From Candidatus Aenigmatarchaeota archaeon (lineage in GTDB: Archaea > Aenigmatarchaeota > Aenigmatarchaeia > Aenigmatarchaeales > Aenigmatarchaeaceae): DNA of 64,000 nt. The notes beneath the pieces were generated by a model. The model was not told where the DNA came from. It made no database searches and saw only the letters and a program-made list of their open reading frames with translations. Shown in pieces: positions 59,173 to 64,000 of the stretch (position 1 is its first letter; the number at the start of each line of letters is the position of its first letter). The stretch lies in contig JAZDKZ010000007.1 of assembly GCA_043802485.1 (NCBI GenBank), positions 50,457-114,456 of the forward strand, read 5' to 3'. A program made the translations under genes and the position numbers.

Positions 59173-59675
59173 TGATTATGACAACAATAAAAGCAGTGGT
59201 TCAGGCAGGCAAGGCCAGCGCAGGCCCGCCGCTAGGGCCGAGCCTTGCAACAGCAAAGCTCAACACGAACGAGGTCATTACAGCGATAAACGAAAAGACC
59301 AAGGACATGGAAGGGTTGCAGGTCCCTGTGACAATAGAGGTCAATTCTCCCACAGACTACAAGATATCTGTTGGAACGCCTTCGATAACAGCATTGGTAA
59401 GAAAGGAGCTGAAGGTCAAGAAGCTGGCAAAGGCGCCTTTCAACGTCTACGAGAAAGAGGAAGTCAAGGAGGAGTTCAAGGAAAGCCTGACTTTTGACCA
59501 GGTCGTAAAGGTGGCAAAGGTAAAGATGGAGAGCATGAAGACAGATGACCTGAAGAATGCTGTGAAGCAGACTGTCGCTTTCTGCGTAAGCGCTGGCGTC
59601 TATGTCGAGGACAAAAAACCCAAGGATATTTTAGTAGAAATTGACGAAGGCAAGTGGGACGAGAAGATTGTTTAA
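59169..59675 (+). CDS. rpl11: 50S ribosomal protein L11
   Basis: 'GKASAGPPLGP', 'INEKTKD..G..VPV'. Confidence 0.93.
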   Translation: MMIMTTIKAVVQAGKASAGPPLGPSLATAKLNTNEVITAINEKTKDMEGLQVPVTIEVNSPTDYKISVGTPSITALVRKELKVKKLAKAPFNVYEKEEVKEEFKESLTFDQVVKVAKVKMESMKTDDLKNAVKQTVAFCVSAGVYVEDKKPKDILVEIDEGKWDEKIV

Positions 59676-59706
59676 GGCTTAAATCTTTTTCTGTCACATA
59701 ATACTT

Positions 59707-60186
59707 ATGAATTTATCCAAATTGTTTTTCCTGGTGACAGCATTCACGCTGTTCCTGACAGTTGTGCAGCTGTTCGGCTACTGGGTTCTTGAATTACTGA
59801 TTATCATGCTCATAATCGACTTTCTCACGCTGACAGCAAGCGTGCAATTGGGCAGCAGAAACCACCCAAAAGGCAACCCGAACGGCAAGGACGTTGCCAC
59901 AAAGCTGGACGCCATAGACAAGAGGTGCACAGAAATCTTCGACAAGGTGAACAATTCTACGCTGGAGACAAAGCTTCAGAAGCATGGAGAGGACATTACA
60001 TATATCCTTGACAAGATGGCCAGAAAGACCATGGATCTGGAGGAGAAGATAATAAAGTTCGGCAACGGCATGGTTGACTCAATGGCAGGCCTGAAGGAAA
60101 AGGTTAATGACATTGAAACCAAGAAAGATGGAGATTCTTTCTCCCTAGGCGAGCTGGTCTATGTCAAGGATGAAGAAGATTCTTAA
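59707..60186 (+). CDS. 2-TM plus coiled-coil hypothetical protein
   Basis: N-terminal TMs followed by heptad repeats. Confidence 0.65.
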   Translation: MNLSKLFFLVTAFTLFLTVVQLFGYWVLELLIIMLIIDFLTLTASVQLGSRNHPKGNPNGKDVATKLDAIDKRCTEIFDKVNNSTLETKLQKHGEDITYILDKMARKTMDLEEKIIKFGNGMVDSMAGLKEKVNDIETKKDGDSFSLGELVYVKDEEDS

Positions 60187-60208
60187 AGCTTTTCTTCCAA
60201 TTAGTGTT

Positions 60209-60481
60209 ATGAAGTATTTTTGGGCTGCCTTTGGGCTGGTGATAGCAGTTTGCATAGCTCAGCTGCTCACCCACATGAGCCTTGAGCTCACAATAGTGCT
60301 TTTTTCAATAGATTTCATGATTCTGGGGGCAGAACTGCTGAAGAACAGGGCCAACAAGTCGCTAGTAATAATCAAATTGGAAGGCATAGAGATGGCCTTT
60401 AATGACGCTGCAAGCAGCTTGGTTTCCCCTTCTTTGAAGGCAAAGGGCCAGGAAATCATAGAATGGCTGAACAAATTCTAG
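60209..60481 (+). CDS. 2-TM hypothetical protein, similar layout to 59707-60186
   Basis: 'LEL.I....IDF' motif shared with the upstream ORF. Confidence 0.6.
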   Translation: MKYFWAAFGLVIAVCIAQLLTHMSLELTIVLFSIDFMILGAELLKNRANKSLVIIKLEGIEMAFNDAASSLVSPSLKAKGQEIIEWLNKF

Positions 60482-60535
60482 TTTTTTGTACGCCAGAAGC
60501 CTTGTTCCTATCTATAGATGACAAAATTCCCAAAG

Positions 60536-61860
60536 TGTCGACCTATTGTCGAAGACTGTAGAACTTTTTTCGACTATCAACCCTTGACAGCATCATGCCT
60601 TCGTCTTCCATCTGCTTCAGGTACTCGTTGCACCTTGTTCTCGACAGTTTGATCAGTTGACTCAACTGGGAAGGCGTGATCTCATTGTACTTTTGCAGTA
60701 TCATCTTGATAGCCTCCTTGGTCTTGACGGCTATGGTCCTCTGCTGCAGCTTTATACCTGTCGAAGAAATGGTGTCATCAATATTGAGTACTTTGGCCTC
60801 TATTCTGTCGATTTTCTGGCCTAAATTCTTCAGTCTCTCAATCTCTAAAGCCATCTGCGCGTAACGCATGTCGAGAAGCTTGACGATTTTCCTCAGATTT
60901 TCCTCTTCGTCATTCTTCGACCTAAAAACAGATTTGAACATGATATATATTCTTTCATTTCCCGATATATAAAATTTCTCGACAATTGATTTTTTCTCGT
61001 ATTGTCGATTTTCTGACGGTTTCCTTCTCTTGTCGCCTATAATACCATCGACAGAAAGATTTGTATTACAAAATCTTGGCCAAACGTATTGTACAATACT
61101 GTATATGTGATAGTCGATGGTTAAAAAGGACCCTATAAAATCTATAATTGAAGCCTTGAGGATGAATCCTGAAGGCTTGACGCTTCTTTCTCTGGCAAGT
61201 GTGACAGGGCTGCATCGACACACATGTACAAAATACATCAATGAATTGTTGAAAGCAGATGTTGTCTACCAGCGAGATGTCGGTGTGGCAAAGCTTTGCT
61301 ACCTAAAAAAGAAAGTCGAGAATAACGCAGAAGAGGACAGGCTGGTGGCAAGCCTCAAAAAGAAGAGAAGGGGGAAAACCCAGCTAAAGCTCATGGTTGC
61401 TGTCGTTATCCTGACTTTCCTGCTGAGCGAGACAGCAATCATAGCCTACGCAAACAACACCATCCTAAACATGACGAACACGTCGAACATAAACACAAGC
61501 CCCATGACAAGCACATCGAATGTGTCGGATCTTACAGCCTTTTTCAATGAGACATCTGACCTGAATGAGACCGGAAATATTACTGTCGAACCGCCGTCAG
61601 TTCCGAACCTAACGGATTCTGTCGGAACTGTCGATTATACTAACTATAGCTCAGAAAGCCAAAATAACGGCGAAAATACCACTTTTAACGCAACTTTTTT
61701 GACGGAAAACGTCACCATTTCTAACCAAACAGACGACATGAACACAACTGAGAACCAAACGAATGCGACCGATTTAGGCGCTTCGAACGCGTCTGACAAC
61801 CAAAACCAAACAATTGACATCGAAAACCTGCTCAATGGGACATCCATAGGAACTGTCGAC
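60536..61860. repeat. Dispersed TGTCGA/TCGACA hexamer array
   Basis: Exact copies at about 60536, 60547, 60641, 60759, 60806, 60869, 60979, 61003, 61048, 61215, 61584, 61629 and 61854, plus many one-mismatch variants. Confidence 0.7.
60543..60941 (-). CDS. Coiled-coil plus winged-HTH DNA-binding protein
   Basis: 'ITPSQLSQLIKLSRTRCNEYLKQMEDEG...SRKKFY'; start taken at ATG 60941. Confidence 0.78.
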   Translation of the reverse strand: MFKSVFRSKNDEEENLRKIVKLLDMRYAQMALEIERLKNLGQKIDRIEAKVLNIDDTISSTGIKLQQRTIAVKTKEAIKMILQKYNEITPSQLSQLIKLSRTRCNEYLKQMEDEGMMLSRVDSRKKFYSLRQ

Positions 61861-62130
61861 CCGACATTTGATGTTCAGTTGGTGTATCCCCAGAGGATAA
61901 CCAGAGGCGAACTGATTGGGATAAGGGCCGAAGCCTCAACAGACACGTTTGCCAAGAACGTATACCTGAAATGGTTGCTGCCTAAGGGCTTTGAGATAGT
62001 CTCTGGCAATGCCATAGAGGCATGTGATGACATGAACGCCAGTTCCTGCATATCAGAGATAGAGGTTAGGACTGATTTGACTGACATTGGCCTGAATGAC
62101 ATAAGAGTTGTGATGGAATATGAAAAGTAG
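61117..62130 (+). CDS. N-terminal wHTH, TM helix and N-glycosylation-rich ectodomain
   Basis: 'GLTLLSLASVTGLHRHTCTKYINEL...VGVAKLCY'; TM 'LMVAVVILTFLL'; many NxT/S sequons. Confidence 0.8.
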   Translation: MVKKDPIKSIIEALRMNPEGLTLLSLASVTGLHRHTCTKYINELLKADVVYQRDVGVAKLCYLKKKVENNAEEDRLVASLKKKRRGKTQLKLMVAVVILTFLLSETAIIAYANNTILNMTNTSNINTSPMTSTSNVSDLTAFFNETSDLNETGNITVEPPSVPNLTDSVGTVDYTNYSSESQNNGENTTFNATFLTENVTISNQTDDMNTTENQTNATDLGASNASDNQNQTIDIENLLNGTSIGTVDPTFDVQLVYPQRITRGELIGIRAEASTDTFAKNVYLKWLLPKGFEIVSGNAIEACDDMNASSCISEIEVRTDLTDIGLNDIRVVMEYEK

Positions 62131-64000
62131 TGCCAAAACAGGACAGAGCCAGCTGCTGATACCTCTGCTGGTCATAATAACCTCTGCAGTGGTATTCGCT
62201 ACCAACGTGACCATGAACTGGACCAACCAGACGCCTATAACAGGCTATTACATGGGAATTCCCAATTCTTCTTCGCAGGAATTCTCGTTCACGATAGAGG
62301 TATGGGCTAACACTTCTATTTCTCTTTCTAAGGAGGGCGACCTCATAAAATCCGTGCTTCTGATGGACAACGGCTCTGCTGTTCCTGGCCAAAAAATCGA
62401 TTTCTTCCTGAACAACAGTCCTATTTATTCTGACACAACTGACAAGAACGGTCTGATTGATTTTCCCTTACCTTTCAACGGAACTGCCAGGGCTGTTTTC
62501 TCTGGTGGAAATTATCTGAACCCATCCGAAAACGAGATGGTTTTTGGTGGAAAGGCTGAATCTGTTGTAAAAAGGACTGATTCTTTTGTTCTCGAGGTTT
62601 TGGAGGTAGAGCAGGGCGAGATAAAGATAGGAGAACCTGTCAAATGGATTAGAGAATTCAAACTAACTAACCCGAAAGACAAAGACTCATTGGCAGAGCT
62701 TATCTTGGATATCCCTGACGAGGCCTTCAACATAACAGTTTCTGAGAAGGGTTCGAAGAAGCTGGTGAACATAGCCAAGAAAATCATTAAAGAGAATCTC
62801 AAAGCAGGTGAGAGTAGGGAGTATTTGCTTGAATATTATACAGATTCTCCTGTACTGAACGAGAATCTGATAAGCAGATACAGAAAACTAATCAATGTCA
62901 GCTCACCCATCCACTACAGCAACGTTCCGGCTTATACTGACATCGAAGAGTCTCCTATAGATTCGATAAGGCTCTACTGGATTAGCGACGGGCAGAGAAT
63001 AGACGTCACAGGAGATCCTTTGTACAATGTCAGCTTTGTCGATTCAGACGGGGACGGCCTGATAGACAGGCTGGAATGGAATGTTCCGCATCTTTCCGAA
63101 CAGCTGTTCGAAGTATCAATCACTGTTTTGAATCCATATACATATCTTAAAGATGGAGATAACTGGATAGTAGCCTTTGAAACTGTTGGAACTGCGAACC
63201 TGACGATTAACTCCACCAACGCAGGCTGGATAGAATTTCTTACCGACAATCTGGAAACCTTTGACGAGATGAGTTTCCTAGATATAAGATGCGGAGACGC
63301 ATCTTTGAAGGATTCGCTCCAATTAATTGATTTTTATGGCAATGTCTACAACTACTCTGATTTGTCAGATAACAATTCAATAGAGATAGAACATCTATTC
63401 ATCCAGAATTATTCATGTGATGAAACAGGTTATATCACAAACAACATGATAAGATCTGGTTATGCCACTCTCCAATTTACTTTTGGTGATCAGACAGCTT
63501 TTGCATACGACCCTGCAGTTGTCTGCAACTGGTCTACAGATACTGTGAACTGGGCTGACCAACAGGGTGGTGGTGGTTCTGCATGGGGAGTTGCGAACAC
63601 CACTTGGAATGTGGGCACTAACTGTAGCCAAGCTGGTGGTCCTTCTACAGGATGCTATATTGCTAATATATCGATAAACATGTACGGTGCTTCGGCAAGC
63701 CCTGCTTCTGGTGGATTGGGTTTTGTAATATTCAGCAACAATTCGACGCAGTTCTTTCCCATGGCAATAGATAAGACTGGTGCATATACATATGGTCCTG
63801 TAGATTCCTGTGGAGCCAGTAACAATCTCACTGGGTCAGGATGGCCGAGTGGTCCACCAAACGCAACTCCAAATACATGCAACCTGAGTTCTACTAGCCG
63901 GTTTAATGTAACAAGGTACACGGTCAATTGGTATATACCAGGTAAAGGTTCGATATCGATACCTACAATTAAATATCAATGGTGCTGGGAAGACGCGTTT
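62120..64000 (+). CDS. Large secreted/surface protein, truncated by the window end
   Basis: ATG 62120 overlaps the previous stop; 'KTG|QSQLLIPLLVII' signal; 'QGEIKIGEPVKW', 'HYSNV', 'DSDGDGLIDRLEWNVPHLS'; no stop seen in the stretches translated. Confidence 0.8.
   Translation, partial: MKSSAKTGQSQLLIPLLVIITSAVVFATNVTMNWTNQTPITGYYMGIPNSSSQEFSFTIEVWANTSISLSKEGDLIKSVLLMDNGSAVPGQKIDFFLNNSPIYSDTTDKNGLIDFPLPFNGTARAVFSGGNYLNPSENEMVFGGKAESVVKRTDSFVLEVLEVEQGEIKIGEPVKWIREFKLTNPKDKDSLAELILDIPDEAFNITVSEKGSKKLVNIAKKIIKENLKAGESREYLLEYYTDSPVLNENLISRYRKLINVSSPIHYSNVPAYTDIEESPIDSIRLYWISDGQRIDVTGDPLYNVSFVDSDGDGLIDRLEWNVPHLSEQLFEVSITVLNPYTYLKDGDNWIVAFETVGTANLTINSTNAGWIEFLTDNLETFDEMSFLDIRCGDASLKDSLQLIDFYGNVYNYSDLSDNNSIEIEHLFIQNYSCDETGYITNNMIRSGYATLQFTFGDQTAFAYDPAVVCNWSTDTVNWADQQGGGGSAWGVANTTWNVGTNCSQAGGPSTGCYIANISINMYGASASPASGGLGFVIFSNNSTQFFPMAIDKTGAYTYGPVDSCGASNNLTGSGWPSGPPNATPNTCNLSSTSRFNVTRYTVNWYIPGKGSISIPTIKYQWCWEDAF

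Noticed and set aside
60942-61241. N-terminal extension of the 232-aa minus-strand ORF
   Set aside because: It runs through the divergent promoter and antisense to the HTH-TM gene; ATG 60941 is more plausible.
1-64000. CRISPR array, rRNA, transposase or integrase
   Set aside because: No regularly spaced repeats, rRNA-like tracts or recombinase motifs were found by eye.

Overview
Archaeal chromosomal segment with a DPANN-like (probably Aenigmarchaeota-type) gene set; the taxonomy is inferred from gene content only. The housekeeping backbone comprises thermosome, topo VI A/B, pyrG, Gly/Trp/Phe/Leu tRNA ligases, pelota, aIF-1A, NMD3, ftsZ-secE-spt5-rpl11, minD, MscS/MscL and a type IV pilus locus. 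There are eight tRNA genes, six with introns; several introns are at non-canonical positions, including in a tRNA-Ile(UAU). Items most worth follow-up: (1) a dense TGTCGA/TCGACA hexamer array covering a divergent wHTH gene and an HTH-TM-ectodomain gene coupled to a giant surface protein; (2) an ~8.7 kb cluster of paralogous Ig-like lipoproteins with a polytopic membrane member and a papain-like cargo gene; (3) a short tRNA splicing endonuclease lacking the canonical catalytic Lys but carrying a Lys-rich loop insertion; (4) a LAGLIDADG intein in the EndoQ metal-binding motif; (5) two micro-ORFs missing from the ORF track; (6) a frameshifted free-standing LAGLIDADG-like gene behind tRNA-Thr. No rRNA or CRISPR array was seen. 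All calls were made by eye, without database searches.
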